Shown here piece by piece: positions 21,318-31,374 of a stretch of DNA of 64,000 bases (its first letter is position 1; every line of letters starts with the position of its first letter). The stretch is from the sequence record PZ386970.1; one strand, 5' to 3'. The position numbers were made by a program, and so were the translations under genes. Origin of the DNA: a phage. Below the pieces are notes generated by a model. The model worked only from the letters and a program-made list of their open reading frames with translations. It was not told the DNA's origin and did not search any database.

Positions 21318-23086
21318 AACCTGAAGAAATGAAATCCATGCGTAGAAATAAGGTCATTGCCGATAATAAACCACAAAAAGTAGCTGCAACAGCAGCTACC
21401 GATTCATTAGAAGCATTGAATGATATTTCATCAAAACTAGACGATGTCCAAGCCGCGTCTGAACTCACATCGCAAAGTGTAGAAGATAAAGGCAATGGAA
21501 TTATTGAATCAATTGGAGACTTAAAGAATTCGACAGATAATACTGCTGAAGGCACAGAGCTTATCGCAGAAGTTATTGAAAAACAAACTGAAGTCACTAA
21601 AAGTATAAACGAAGTTTCTAGTGCAATAAGCTCTAAGTTAGACCGATTAGCTACATTATTAGAGCAAAAATTACAAACATCTACCGCTATTCAAAATACA
21701 GGAGGCACCTCTCTTGAAGTAATTGAGAACGCGATACCTGTTAAAGTGGTTGAGAACGAAACTTCTGATGAGTTGTTTAAAGCATTCCCTACACCTGAAA
21801 AGATTGATAATAAGCCAGACGAAGATTTCTTCCCTGCGCCGGTTCAAGAAAGTGCTAATTCTACTTCCGATTCTAAAGGTGGAATTAGCTTTAAATTGAG
21901 CGATAAAATTGCAATGCTCACCAAAACAGTTCAAACCGGGTTTAATAAATCAATATCAATTTCAGACAGAATTGCTGGAATGCTTTTCAAATACACTATA
22001 ACGGCTGCTATTGAAGCAGCAAAAATGGCCGCACTTATTCTTGGTATTGTTATCGGTATTGATTTATTGATAGTCCATTTCAAATATTGGACAGACAAGT
22101 TCACTTCTGCCTGGGATTTATTTGATGAAAACTTTACTAAATTCTCCGATGAAGCTAAAGAGTGGGGTAAATTCTTAAGTGATATATTCACTTCTATTGA
22201 CTCGATAAAACAATTGTGGGAAGCTGGAGACTGGGGTGGTTTAACCGTTGCTATTGTCAAAGGTGTAGGAACAGCATTAATGAACTTAGGTGAACTAATT
22301 CAATTAGGAATGGCTAAACTCTCCGCGTCTATATTGCGTGCTATAGGTTTTGGTGATACCGCGGACGAAATAGAAGGACGTGCTTTGGAAGGATTCCAAG
22401 AAACTACTGGGAACAAATTAAAGAAAGAAGACCAAGAGAAAGTCGCTAAATATCAAATGAAACGTGACGATGGGGAATTAGGAACCGTTTCTAAAGGTCT
22501 TGATATGTTACAACGCGGCAAAACATTCGTTACTAACTGGGTTCGTGGTAATGACAATAAAGAAGAGTTTAGTACAAGCGATGAGCGTGCTGCGGAATCG
22601 GCAAAATTAAAAGAGTTACCTGAAGAGGAACGTAAAGAGGCATACATAAAAGCTAATGAAACTCGTGCGGCACTGGTTAGATTTGAGGATTATATCGATA
22701 AAATCGATATGACTAATCCAGAAAATGCTAAAAACGTCGAGAAGTCTTATGCTGATTTAAGTAAACTTATTAAAGACCCTGAACTTAATAAAACTCCTGT
22801 TGTTAAAAAGGAAATAGATGCTAGATTTGAAAAGCTAAATAATAAAATGGCTGAAGCCAAAAAGGCTCAGACAACAGTTAAGCCTGAATCTTCGACTAAA
22901 TCTCCAGAAGCAAAACAAGTTCAGTCGATAGAGAAAGGACGTGCTTCTGAATCTAAACAACAGCAACCGGTAGCGGCAATTAGTAACACAAATAATGTCG
23001 TCAAAAAGAATACCGTAGTCCAGAATATGACCCCTGTAACAAGTACAACGGCTCCTGGAATTTTCCATGCCACCGGTGTTAATTAA
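21314..23086 (+). CDS. 29: Baseplate hub subunit / tail length determinator gp29
   Basis: 590-aa ORF (T4 gp29 590 aa); synteny. Confidence 0.85.
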   Translation: MKPEEMKSMRRNKVIADNKPQKVAATAATDSLEALNDISSKLDDVQAASELTSQSVEDKGNGIIESIGDLKNSTDNTAEGTELIAEVIEKQTEVTKSINEVSSAISSKLDRLATLLEQKLQTSTAIQNTGGTSLEVIENAIPVKVVENETSDELFKAFPTPEKIDNKPDEDFFPAPVQESANSTSDSKGGISFKLSDKIAMLTKTVQTGFNKSISISDRIAGMLFKYTITAAIEAAKMAALILGIVIGIDLLIVHFKYWTDKFTSAWDLFDENFTKFSDEAKEWGKFLSDIFTSIDSIKQLWEAGDWGGLTVAIVKGVGTALMNLGELIQLGMAKLSASILRAIGFGDTADEIEGRALEGFQETTGNKLKKEDQEKVAKYQMKRDDGELGTVSKGLDMLQRGKTFVTNWVRGNDNKEEFSTSDERAAESAKLKELPEEERKEAYIKANETRAALVRFEDYIDKIDMTNPENAKNVEKSYADLSKLIKDPELNKTPVVKKEIDARFEKLNNKMAEAKKAQTTVKPESSTKSPEAKQVQSIEKGRASESKQQQPVAAISNTNNVVKKNTVVQNMTPVTSTTAPGIFHATGVN

Positions 23087-23094
23087 GGATTATT

Positions 23095-24204
23095 ATGATT
23101 AGTGTAAAAGAAATAGTAGTAGATGCAAAGGATTTAAATAAAGCAATCCCAGTCTCAGAAAGTGCTGGGCAAAGCACTAAAACCGAAACAACTACTAAAA
23201 CTTATGTTGCTCAATTTCCTACAGGAAGAGCAGCCGGAAATGACTCCACAGGAGACTTCCAGGTAACAGACCTTTATAAGAATGGATTATTATTTACCGC
23301 GTACAATATGTCTGCACGCGATTCAGGATCCCTCAGGAATTTACGTCCGGCATACGCCGGGACTTCATCTAATGGTATCATATCAGATTTAACTGATAAC
23401 GTGAAAGATGCAGTGACTAAATTCTCAAATGGATTGCTTCCTGCCGGAGCTAATAAGCCTACTATAAATAAAACTCCTGTTGCTAATATACTTTTGCCAC
23501 GTTCCAAATCTGACGTTGATACAACTTCGCATCGTTTTAATGATATCGGTGATAGCCTTATTACTAAAGGTGGAGGTACTGCTACAGGTGTTTTAAGTAA
23601 CATTGCTTCTACTGCAGTTTTTGGTGCATTAGATTCTATTACTCAAGGGCTTATGGCTGATAATAACGAACAGATTTATACGACTTCTCGTAGTATGTAT
23701 GGCGGTGCTGAGAACCGTACTAAAGTCTTTACATGGGATTTAACTCCACGTTCAACTGAAGACCTTATGGCTATTATAAACATTTACCAGTATTTTAACT
23801 ATTTCTCATATGGTGAGACCGGTAAATCACAGTACGCCCAAGAGATTAAAAGTTATTTAGACGAATGGTATCGTTCAACGTTTATTGAGCCTATGACGCC
23901 GGATGATGCAGTAAAAAATAAGACGTTGTTTGAAAAGATTACTGCGTCATTAACAAACGTATTAGTTGTAAGCAACCCTACAATTTGGATGGTTAAAAAC
24001 TTTGGTTATACGTCTAAATTTGATGGATTAACTGACGTATTTGGCCCATGCCAAATTCAAAGCGTACGTTTTGATAAAACTCCAAATGGACAATTTAATG
24101 GTCTTGCTGTTGCTCCTAACTTACCGTCAACATTTACGTTAGAGATAACAATGCGAGAAATTATTACATTAAACCGTTCTTCACTTTATGCGGGGACTTT
24201 CTAA
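23095..24204 (+). CDS. 48: Baseplate tail tube cap gp48
   Basis: 369-aa ORF; synteny with T4 gene 48. Confidence 0.82.
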   Translation: MISVKEIVVDAKDLNKAIPVSESAGQSTKTETTTKTYVAQFPTGRAAGNDSTGDFQVTDLYKNGLLFTAYNMSARDSGSLRNLRPAYAGTSSNGIISDLTDNVKDAVTKFSNGLLPAGANKPTINKTPVANILLPRSKSDVDTTSHRFNDIGDSLITKGGGTATGVLSNIASTAVFGALDSITQGLMADNNEQIYTTSRSMYGGAENRTKVFTWDLTPRSTEDLMAIINIYQYFNYFSYGETGKSQYAQEIKSYLDEWYRSTFIEPMTPDDAVKNKTLFEKITASLTNVLVVSNPTIWMVKNFGYTSKFDGLTDVFGPCQIQSVRFDKTPNGQFNGLAVAPNLPSTFTLEITMREIITLNRSSLYAGTF

Positions 24205-25166
24205 TGTACTCTTTAGAAGAATTTAATAACCAAGCTATAAATGCAGATTTCCAACGAAACAATATGTTTAGTTGTGTATTTGCTACTACACCATCGACTA
24301 AATCATCTTCACTAATTTCGTCAATTGGTAGTTTTGCTTATAATAACTTAGGGTTGGATTCTGATTGGTTAGGATTAACTCAAGGTGATATCAATCAGGG
24401 CGTAACAACCCTGATTACAGCAGGAACACAGAAATTAATTCGAAAATCAGGTATAAGTAAATATCTGATTGGAGCAATGAGCCAACGTACGGTACAAAGC
24501 TTGTTAGGTGAGTTCACGGTAGGAGCTTATCTGATAGACTTCTTCAATATGGCATATAATAATACAGGTTTAATGATTTATTCTGTAAAAATGCCTGAGA
24601 ATCGATTATCGTATGAAACAGATTTCAACTATAACTCCCCGAACATCAGAATTACCGGCCGTGAAATGGACCCGTTAGTAATAAGCTTTAGAATGGATTC
24701 CGAAGCATCTAACTTTAGAGCAATGCAAGATTGGGTAAACTCAGTCCAAGACCCTGTAACAGGTCTTCGTGCTTTACCACAAGACGTCGAAGCAGATATT
24801 CAGGTTAATTTACATGCACGAAATGGTTTACCACATACCGCCGTCATGTTCACCGGATGTATTCCTGTTAGTGTCTCTTCTCCTGAGTTAACGTATGATG
24901 GCGATAATCAGATAACAGTTTTTGACGTAACATTTGCTTATCGCGTTATGCAATCAGGTGCTGTAAATAGACAGGCTGCTTTAGAATGGCTGGAATCAGG
25001 ACTTATTAGTAGTGTTTCAGGAATGTTCGGAAATAATCAAAATGATTCTGGGCTAGGAAGTGCAGTATCAAGACTTTCTAGATTAGGTGGGACTGCTGGA
25101 GGTGTGTCTAATATAAACACATTGACAGGTGTGGTGAATTCTGCATCAAGAGTTTTAGGTCTATAA
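24204..25166 (+). CDS. 54: Baseplate tail tube initiator gp54
   Basis: 320-aa ORF (T4 gp54 320 aa); synteny. Confidence 0.85.
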   Translation: MYSLEEFNNQAINADFQRNNMFSCVFATTPSTKSSSLISSIGSFAYNNLGLDSDWLGLTQGDINQGVTTLITAGTQKLIRKSGISKYLIGAMSQRTVQSLLGEFTVGAYLIDFFNMAYNNTGLMIYSVKMPENRLSYETDFNYNSPNIRITGREMDPLVISFRMDSEASNFRAMQDWVNSVQDPVTGLRALPQDVEADIQVNLHARNGLPHTAVMFTGCIPVSVSSPELTYDGDNQITVFDVTFAYRVMQSGAVNRQAALEWLESGLISSVSGMFGNNQNDSGLGSAVSRLSRLGGTAGGVSNINTLTGVVNSASRVLGL

Positions 25167-25170
25167 GAAA

Positions 25171-25192
25171 AAGGGAGACAACGTCTCCCTTT
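25171..25192. terminator. Bidirectional terminator between gene 54 and the alt operon
   Basis: AAAAAGGGAGAC-AAC-GTCTCCCTTTA; flanked by A- and T-tracts. Confidence 0.65.
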
Positions 25193-25199
25193 AGGGGGT

Positions 25200-25493
25200 T
25201 TATTTACGGAATGAAAGGAATGCTGGTGCTCGGAACGGAGTATCATCTTTAGAGTATTTAACTAATACAACCATTGGTACCTCTGTTTCTAAATGACCTG
25301 TCAGTACACCGATAAAAATTTGATCAGTGTGCTCAGGGTCACGAAAGTTTTTAAGAGGTTCCATAGCAATATGGAATGCACCCGGGAATACTCGATTCAA
25401 TTCGTCAATCACAGCTTCGTTAAAAGCATCATCCGCTGGGATAGCATCTTCAACTACTAGTTCTTGACCATTAAAGCGAAGCATAGATTTCAT
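25200..25493 (-). CDS. Hypothetical protein downstream of alt (alt.-1 position)
   Basis: Start moved to internal ATG (MKSMLRFNG...) preceded by AGGAAA; the longer track ORF would overlap the alt 3' end. Confidence 0.5.
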   Translation of the reverse strand: MKSMLRFNGQELVVEDAIPADDAFNEAVIDELNRVFPGAFHIAMEPLKNFRDPEHTDQIFIGVLTGHLETEVPMVVLVKYSKDDTPFRAPAFLSFRK

Positions 25494-25522
25494 AACGTTT
25501 TCCTCATGTTGTTGATAGGATG

Positions 25523-25552
25523 ATAGTATCACACATCCATGTGCTTGTAAAC
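25523..25552 (-). promoter_or_regulatory. Early promoter motif (GTTTAC-N18-TACTAT) at the 3' end of alt
   Basis: Minus-strand GTTTACAAGCACATGGATGTGTGATACTATCATCC upstream of the ORF starting at 25493. Confidence 0.45.
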
Positions 25553-27639
25553 TATCCTTGAACAAATTTAAACGGAACCGATTCCAAATCCATTAAAGAT
25601 GCTAACAGTTTCAATCCTTTAGGTGCACTAGTTTTTTCTACAAATGAGGCAAAAGATACCGGCTCATCTGATTCGATTTCACCAGTCATAGCAACCACCT
25701 CGCCTGTTTCCATGAGAACATCACCATCGTAAATGACTGCTTCATCCAACTGGTCTGAGGACATAACTTCAGCTTGAATAAATTTAAGGTTTGATTCTAA
25801 ACCTGCACCAGTATCAGATGACGCATCTGTAATTTTATTTATCTGCAAGAGAATGCCTCTAGGCAAAATAATTTCTTGCTCATTAGGGTGATTACTCAAC
25901 TGTCCCGGATAAATCACGTTAACTTTATGGGCGCCATCAATAGCCCATCCAACGTTAACACGGATTTGTTCTGGTGCATGCATAGCTGTTCTTACTTGAC
26001 TAGGAGAAATAGTAACACCTTCGTCATTATTGTCAATGTTAAGCTCTTTGCGAACTTCTTCAGGAGCAAGTCCAAGGGCAACGTTCTCTTTAAACCCACC
26101 GAAAATAATAGGAGCTAGTGAAGTGGAAACATAGTTTCTGAAGTAGAATACCTTATTTTTAACCATTGCTTCGTAAATAGGCATTCTGATAGACTGAGCT
26201 CTATATAACGTTAGTCCTTCAGGTAAACGGTCTCCATTTAAAAACGCCGAATCAAGTCCGTCAATAGCGCGTTTAACTTCATCTTCATCTGCAACATCGT
26301 AAAAATCTGGTTTATAACGTCCTAACAACATATTATTGATATCGGTATACGCAGAAGAGGCATATTCACGAATAGCTCGTTTTTCAGCAACAGAGTATTG
26401 TTTAGGGTCCCGATTCATTGTTATATTAAAGGTGCCTCTAGCCGATTCTCGTGCATAAGTATACATCACATTAGACAAGAACGCTGATTTACGTTGTTTC
26501 CAAGTTTTTTCAGATACTTCAGCTAAAACGTCGTCAGCCAGTTGGAAATTATCTCGTCTAAAATCTTCAAACCATTCGTCTTTAATAGAGTCTGCAATTT
26601 CGTTTGCAGCTTCAACAAAAGCAGCTAATGCTTTAACAGATGTTGTTTTTTCGGTTTTAATTTTCTTAGCAAACTTTTCTAAAGTTGGCTTAATAACACT
26701 ACCATAAGAAACTTCATCAGCAAATCTAAAGGATTCATCAATACGATTATAAATCTTATTTTCGATATCAGCAACTAAAGTGCCTTTTGCTGTGGACGAT
26801 GCTTGGGCTAGTACGATTTCATATGCTTCAGGAAGTAATTCGGCTGTAGCTGGGCCACTAACTTCTTTAGCAGAATTTTCGTATTTCTGGAATAACTCAC
26901 CTTCTTGGCGGTCAGCTTCTAAAGATTGGCTTGCTGCAATAGCACGACGAGAAATTTTAGTACGAGCAATAACAGGCTTATCTTTACGTTTTTCTTCTAC
27001 AGCAGCAATAGAACCAGCGATAGCCGTTTCTTTGGTGACCGTTTCGCCGGTCTTTTTACTCACATAAACTTCGCCAACATCAGAATCCACTTTCGTGTAC
27101 AACTCTGTGTTAATGTTAGGGATGCCTTTAATATCTTCAATGTTGGCATTTTTACGAACCATCATCACATAGGTGTGTTTACCTGTGAATTGATACATTG
27201 CCGACAATACTTTAAAACGACCACCGGTTTTAGTAGAAACTAAACGAGCAAGAAGAGTTTGAAGCTGTTGTCCACGTCCTTTCAATTTCTTGGTAGGGAA
27301 TCGGAACAGAACTGCATCCATACGAAGAGCTTTAACCTGTTCATATACTGTATTGAAAATAGTGTTGATTGCATCAATAGGAGCAGGACCAAGGCCATTT
27401 TTCAATTCAGCGAGATTACCCTTTTCAGATAGACTCATAATAACAACATGAGCGTATTTGTCGCCAAGTTTAACTTGTTTTACAGCGTCGCCTTCGGAAA
27501 GGTAAGAGAATAAACGAACTACAATATTTGTATCAACATCACCAATTTTCCAGACTTGTGGAACTTTAGCTTTAGGGTTCAAATTGACGACAGGAAGACT
27601 GCCTTCAGATTCAAACACTTCATTTAATTGTTCAGACAT
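25552..27639 (-). CDS. alt: Alt ADP-ribosyltransferase (packaged, modifies host RNA polymerase)
   Basis: 695-aa ORF (T4 Alt 682 aa) between ligase and gene 54 as in T4; C-terminal ART-like region. Confidence 0.82.
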   Translation of the reverse strand: MSEQLNEVFESEGSLPVVNLNPKAKVPQVWKIGDVDTNIVVRLFSYLSEGDAVKQVKLGDKYAHVVIMSLSEKGNLAELKNGLGPAPIDAINTIFNTVYEQVKALRMDAVLFRFPTKKLKGRGQQLQTLLARLVSTKTGGRFKVLSAMYQFTGKHTYVMMVRKNANIEDIKGIPNINTELYTKVDSDVGEVYVSKKTGETVTKETAIAGSIAAVEEKRKDKPVIARTKISRRAIAASQSLEADRQEGELFQKYENSAKEVSGPATAELLPEAYEIVLAQASSTAKGTLVADIENKIYNRIDESFRFADEVSYGSVIKPTLEKFAKKIKTEKTTSVKALAAFVEAANEIADSIKDEWFEDFRRDNFQLADDVLAEVSEKTWKQRKSAFLSNVMYTYARESARGTFNITMNRDPKQYSVAEKRAIREYASSAYTDINNMLLGRYKPDFYDVADEDEVKRAIDGLDSAFLNGDRLPEGLTLYRAQSIRMPIYEAMVKNKVFYFRNYVSTSLAPIIFGGFKENVALGLAPEEVRKELNIDNNDEGVTISPSQVRTAMHAPEQIRVNVGWAIDGAHKVNVIYPGQLSNHPNEQEIILPRGILLQINKITDASSDTGAGLESNLKFIQAEVMSSDQLDEAVIYDGDVLMETGEVVAMTGEIESDEPVSFASFVEKTSAPKGLKLLASLMDLESVPFKFVQG

Positions 27640-27676
27640 AGTGTTTTCCTTTTAGTAATAATTTATATTTATGCCA

Positions 27677-27698
27677 AAAAGAGCCCGAAGGCTCTTAA
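27677..27698 (-). terminator. Terminator between ligase operon and alt
   Basis: AAGAGCC-CGAA-GGCTCTT hairpin followed on the - strand by TTTTGG. Confidence 0.55.
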
Positions 27699-27883
27699 TC
27701 TACAATCGGGAGCAAAGTACGATAAACTTCAAAATTAGGGCCTTTTTCGTACCCATTAACGTTATCTACGAAAACCCGATACGAATTTTCATTAGGAAAA
27801 TCTAATATAATCTGAGAGCAAGAGGTGGAAACATCTCCACCGTCCTTCTTAGCTACAATAACTGTTTCTAAATAAGCTTTCAT
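27695..27883 (-). CDS. Hypothetical small protein between ligase and alt
   Basis: Start at ATG overlapping the ligase stop (TAATG); about 62 aa; no homology recognised. Confidence 0.4.
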   Translation of the reverse strand: MKAYLETVIVAKKDGGDVSTSCSQIILDFPNENSYRVFVDNVNGYEKGPNFEVYRTLLPIVD

Positions 27884-29376
27884 TATAAACCTGTCTGGGA
27901 CCACGGTCCAAATACGTCTTCAAATGAATCCGCTTCTGTTTTATCAAAACGGAACCCTTTAATAATTGGAAGGAAAATACCTACAGTGCCTTCACGTCCT
28001 TTAGAATGAACCCAACCATTGCATTCACAATCAGCAATACGTCCAATCAATTTACCTTCACGAGCTTCGGACATTAATCGTTCACGGTCCAAATCATGAC
28101 GCTCATCTAAAGGAATAAGAACCTTTACACCATCAACTGTTTTATGAGTTGTATCTTTAAAACCTGAACCACAATCGGTTGTAATACGACGACAACGTGA
28201 TACGAGTTCGACACCACCTAATTTGTTAGGGTCTTTAGAGTGTTCATAGTATCCTACAACTTCTAAAGCGATATCAATAACTTCTTTAAATTTAATTAGG
28301 TTCTTAGAGCGTTTGTTTTCCCAGTATGAATCACGGTTTTTAAGGATAATACCTTCAAGACCTTGGTCAACATATTTTTTATAAACCACTTTAGCTTCGT
28401 CGAGATTACGAACTATCTGATTTTCAATTGGCTCAATTCGCTTAAAGCCTTCAGCCATATTTTCAAGAGCAGCAAAACGAACATCATATTTCTGACCTTT
28501 AATTTTGCCATCAGAATAGACTTCATCTAAAGGAACATAGTCCCAGGCTTGAAGAACCATACCTTCCGCTTCTTTAGGAGAAATAGTCCGTTGAAGAGAT
28601 TTATTTGCTAAACCATTTGAAGTGCTACGGTCTGCAACTTGTACTTCTTCAGATTCTTCATTATCACCAAATAAGAACGACAGGTCATTTCCTGAGCTCA
28701 CAGCCTTTTTAATATCAAATGAATGATAAACTAATTCACCGTCGATTAAAACCCCATTAGGGTGTCTTTCACGAGCTTCTTTAGTCATTTCCATTAGTTC
28801 ATCCGCTAATAGAGTAAGACCATGATATTCATTACCGGCACGAGAAAAGAATTGAACACCATCATCGCGAACTTCAGCGAAACAACGAGCACCATCTGCT
28901 TTTAATTGGGCAAATGCCGGCCATTTAATATTTTTAGTAATCAATTTCTCATCATATGCAGATGCTAACATCTGTGGTTGCAATTGAATAAGTCCAGGCC
29001 ACACCTTATTCGCGATAGACACTGAAGCACCTACTTCAAGGTCGCGCATCATTACACGACGAAGGACTTCTACATCATCAGGTTTACCGTCAGCGATATA
29101 ACCCATGAGCTCTTTAATTGCAGCATTACCAGTGAGTTTACGACTGGCTAATGTGAACTCAATAAAATCCAACATGTCATCTAATTCAAGAAGACCATAC
29201 GCTTGAGACCTTTCACCTGGTCCTGGCCATTTCTTAATATAATACTGGATACCACGTGCATATGTTAAACGATACACACGTTCAAGCAATTTGTTGTCCT
29301 TATTTTTCTTAAGGATTTCTTGTTTTGTTTTAGTAGAACCGATCGCAGCTATTTGGTTTAAAATATCTAAAATCAT
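27883..29376 (-). CDS. 30: ATP-dependent DNA ligase
   Basis: 497-aa ORF; strong identity to T4 DNA ligase from memory (KNKDNKLLERVYRLTY..., AFAQLKADGARCFAEVR with adenylation lysine). Confidence 0.95.
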   Translation of the reverse strand: MILDILNQIAAIGSTKTKQEILKKNKDNKLLERVYRLTYARGIQYYIKKWPGPGERSQAYGLLELDDMLDFIEFTLASRKLTGNAAIKELMGYIADGKPDDVEVLRRVMMRDLEVGASVSIANKVWPGLIQLQPQMLASAYDEKLITKNIKWPAFAQLKADGARCFAEVRDDGVQFFSRAGNEYHGLTLLADELMEMTKEARERHPNGVLIDGELVYHSFDIKKAVSSGNDLSFLFGDNEESEEVQVADRSTSNGLANKSLQRTISPKEAEGMVLQAWDYVPLDEVYSDGKIKGQKYDVRFAALENMAEGFKRIEPIENQIVRNLDEAKVVYKKYVDQGLEGIILKNRDSYWENKRSKNLIKFKEVIDIALEVVGYYEHSKDPNKLGGVELVSRCRRITTDCGSGFKDTTHKTVDGVKVLIPLDERHDLDRERLMSEAREGKLIGRIADCECNGWVHSKGREGTVGIFLPIIKGFRFDKTEADSFEDVFGPWSQTGL

Positions 29377-29642
29377 TTGATGTCCTCGATTTTGGTTACG
29401 GTTCTATTATAAGCCACTTCATCTAGAAGCGATTTAAGCGTTTTCTGATAAGTGGTAATCCATTTACCGAGTCCTTCAACATAGTATTCTGAAATGTAGA
29501 TGAACCCTTGTTCAACACACTCTTTAAATATTTCTGCGTCTTTTACTGAACGAAACAATGGCCAGTCTCGAAAGAACATGTTAACGTGACCGTAGTCACG
29601 TGTGGTGTTTTTGCCATCTGTAATATCATGAACTACAAACAT
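29373..29642 (-). CDS. Hypothetical protein (30.1 position)
   Basis: 89-aa ORF coupled upstream of the ligase gene. Confidence 0.5.
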   Translation of the reverse strand: MFVVHDITDGKNTTRDYGHVNMFFRDWPLFRSVKDAEIFKECVEQGFIYISEYYVEGLGKWITTYQKTLKSLLDEVAYNRTVTKIEDIK

Positions 29643-29651
29643 AATTAACCC

Positions 29652-30467
29652 TTAACAATTTATAGACCAAGTCCATTTAGACGAATCTAAAGGAAAGTTT
29701 TGAATCGTCCACCATGGCCGCATATCGGTTGGTCCTTGGGTTCGCCAGGTATACGGATTCGACGGAGCGCCAATTTGATTAGGCCATGCACCTGGACTTG
29801 TTGCACCAGATTCTTTAAGTAAATCCGCCAATCGTTTTAAAAGGTCTTCACGATCTGAATCTGAATTATGCTCGGGTGGAACCAAACGAGATTCAATATC
29901 ATCCCACGTGTGCACACGTTGTGCAGTACGAGGAATATCATCACGTTCACCACGAGCCAACCAATAAATCGGTACATTAAGAATTTCTGCCGCATGGTCA
30001 CAGTGATGAGCTAAATCGTCAACGTAACAAATCACGTTATATTTTGTTTTAGCTAGTTCGAATAATTGTTCCTTTGAAGAATCATGACCACACATCATTA
30101 CTTCAGAAAAGGCGCCTGGGAACAAAGCATTCAAATTAAATTGTCTATTCAATCGAGCATCAATTGAATCACCTAGCGCCGTCACGGCTACAAAATTATA
30201 GTCTTCTTTTAGTTTATTGATAACTCGAAGAGCATCCGAATAAGGCGCTAAGTAACGAATAAAATCAGAGCGATTATATTTTTCTATTAATTGTTTACCG
30301 AGGTTATCATCGGTATTGAATAGTTTACCAGGAGAAATAAATTTTTCGTCCTGAATCATTTTTAAAATATGTTCTAATGGAAGATTATATTTTTGGGCAA
30401 AATAAGGAAGTCCAGATTGCCAGCTTAAACATACACCATCAATATCAGTCAAAATAGTAGGCTTCAT
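29652..30467 (-). CDS. HAD-superfamily phosphatase / 5'(3')-deoxyribonucleotidase-like protein with Trp-rich C-terminal tail
   Basis: 271-aa ORF; HAD motif I DIDGV at N-terminus and motif IV YVDD; 30.2 position. Confidence 0.6.
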   Translation of the reverse strand: MKPTILTDIDGVCLSWQSGLPYFAQKYNLPLEHILKMIQDEKFISPGKLFNTDDNLGKQLIEKYNRSDFIRYLAPYSDALRVINKLKEDYNFVAVTALGDSIDARLNRQFNLNALFPGAFSEVMMCGHDSSKEQLFELAKTKYNVICYVDDLAHHCDHAAEILNVPIYWLARGERDDIPRTAQRVHTWDDIESRLVPPEHNSDSDREDLLKRLADLLKESGATSPGAWPNQIGAPSNPYTWRTQGPTDMRPWWTIQNFPLDSSKWTWSINC

Positions 30468-30931
30468 AAAGAGTCTCTTAATAGGTTTAACACATCAATA
30501 AATTCAGCTTCGGTTAATATTGTATCATCTTTTGTTAGGTGGCTGGCCATGCTGTGCTTCAAAATTTTTCCTTTAGAGGCTTGTAAGGCATCGCGAAACC
30601 CCTTGTTTTGGATCGCTGCTTCAAAATATGCATTTGTATATAATTCTTTCCATGCTTCAGAGTATCTTGAAAATGGAACTCCTAACCAGAAGAGAGTCCC
30701 ATGGTCCTGAGCTCTTGCATAAGACCTTCCAGCTTGCTGTGCGGCCAGTCCTGACAGCCCAAATATACGTCTTTGTTGTTCAACATTTTTCACCTTACAT
30801 CCTTGGAGAAATCCTTCAAGACCTCCGAATTGAATACCATCCATAACAAAAGGCCATTTAGCAAAGTTACTTAATGCACATGACGGCCATTTGAAATTAC
30901 TTCTTATTTCTAATTCAGACATCTTTAACAC
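30464..30931 (-). CDS. NADAR / YbiA-like (DUF1768) protein
   Basis: 155-aa ORF; SNFAKWPFVMDGIQFGGLEGFLQGCK resembles the YbiA/NADAR signature SNF..P...DG....E.(Y/F)(F/L)Q..K; 30.3 position. Confidence 0.5.
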   Translation of the reverse strand: MLKMSELEIRSNFKWPSCALSNFAKWPFVMDGIQFGGLEGFLQGCKVKNVEQQRRIFGLSGLAAQQAGRSYARAQDHGTLFWLGVPFSRYSEAWKELYTNAYFEAAIQNKGFRDALQASKGKILKHSMASHLTKDDTILTEAEFIDVLNLLRDSL

Positions 30932-31133
30932 TTATAATTTCAACATCAGCCCAATGACCGTATCCAGGTATACGGTCTTCGATAGATAAATTTCTGTCAT
31001 TTTTAGGCATTTTAATTGACGTAACGTATGGTTCTAAACGGTTTTCCGCGTAATATGGAAAAACGTCGGTTACACGATAAGTAACTTCAATCATTTCCGT
31101 ACCAAACAATTTCTGGATTAATTTATTCAACAT
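30915..31133 (-). CDS. Hypothetical protein
   Basis: 72-aa ORF in the tightly packed - strand 30.x array. Confidence 0.45.
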   Translation of the reverse strand: MLNKLIQKLFGTEMIEVTYRVTDVFPYYAENRLEPYVTSIKMPKNDRNLSIEDRIPGYGHWADVEIISVKDV

Positions 31134-31320
31134 GTTTCAACCCTTTAATAGGAGATAACTCTTTACCCATACGTATATCAGAAGTCCCATCAACCCATTG
31201 AACGGCATACGCTTCGTTGATAATTCCAGCGGCGGTTTTAAATTCGTGGAGAACTTTAAAAATCATCCCAGGAATTCCAACACCTTTTAATTGGACTGTT
31301 TGTGCTATTAAAAATTTCAT
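31123..31320 (-). CDS. Hypothetical protein
   Basis: 65-aa ORF in the 30.x array. Confidence 0.45.
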   Translation of the reverse strand: MKFLIAQTVQLKGVGIPGMIFKVLHEFKTAAGIINEAYAVQWVDGTSDIRMGKELSPIKGLKHVE

Positions 31321-31374
31321 ATTTTTCCACTTACTAAAGAAATCATTATACTCTAATCCGTCCTTGGATGTAAA

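Noticed and set aside
25494-25565. N-terminal extension of the alt-downstream ORF overlapping the alt 3' end
   Set aside because: An internal ATG with an RBS gives a non-overlapping gene; the extension would overlap the alt coding sequence.
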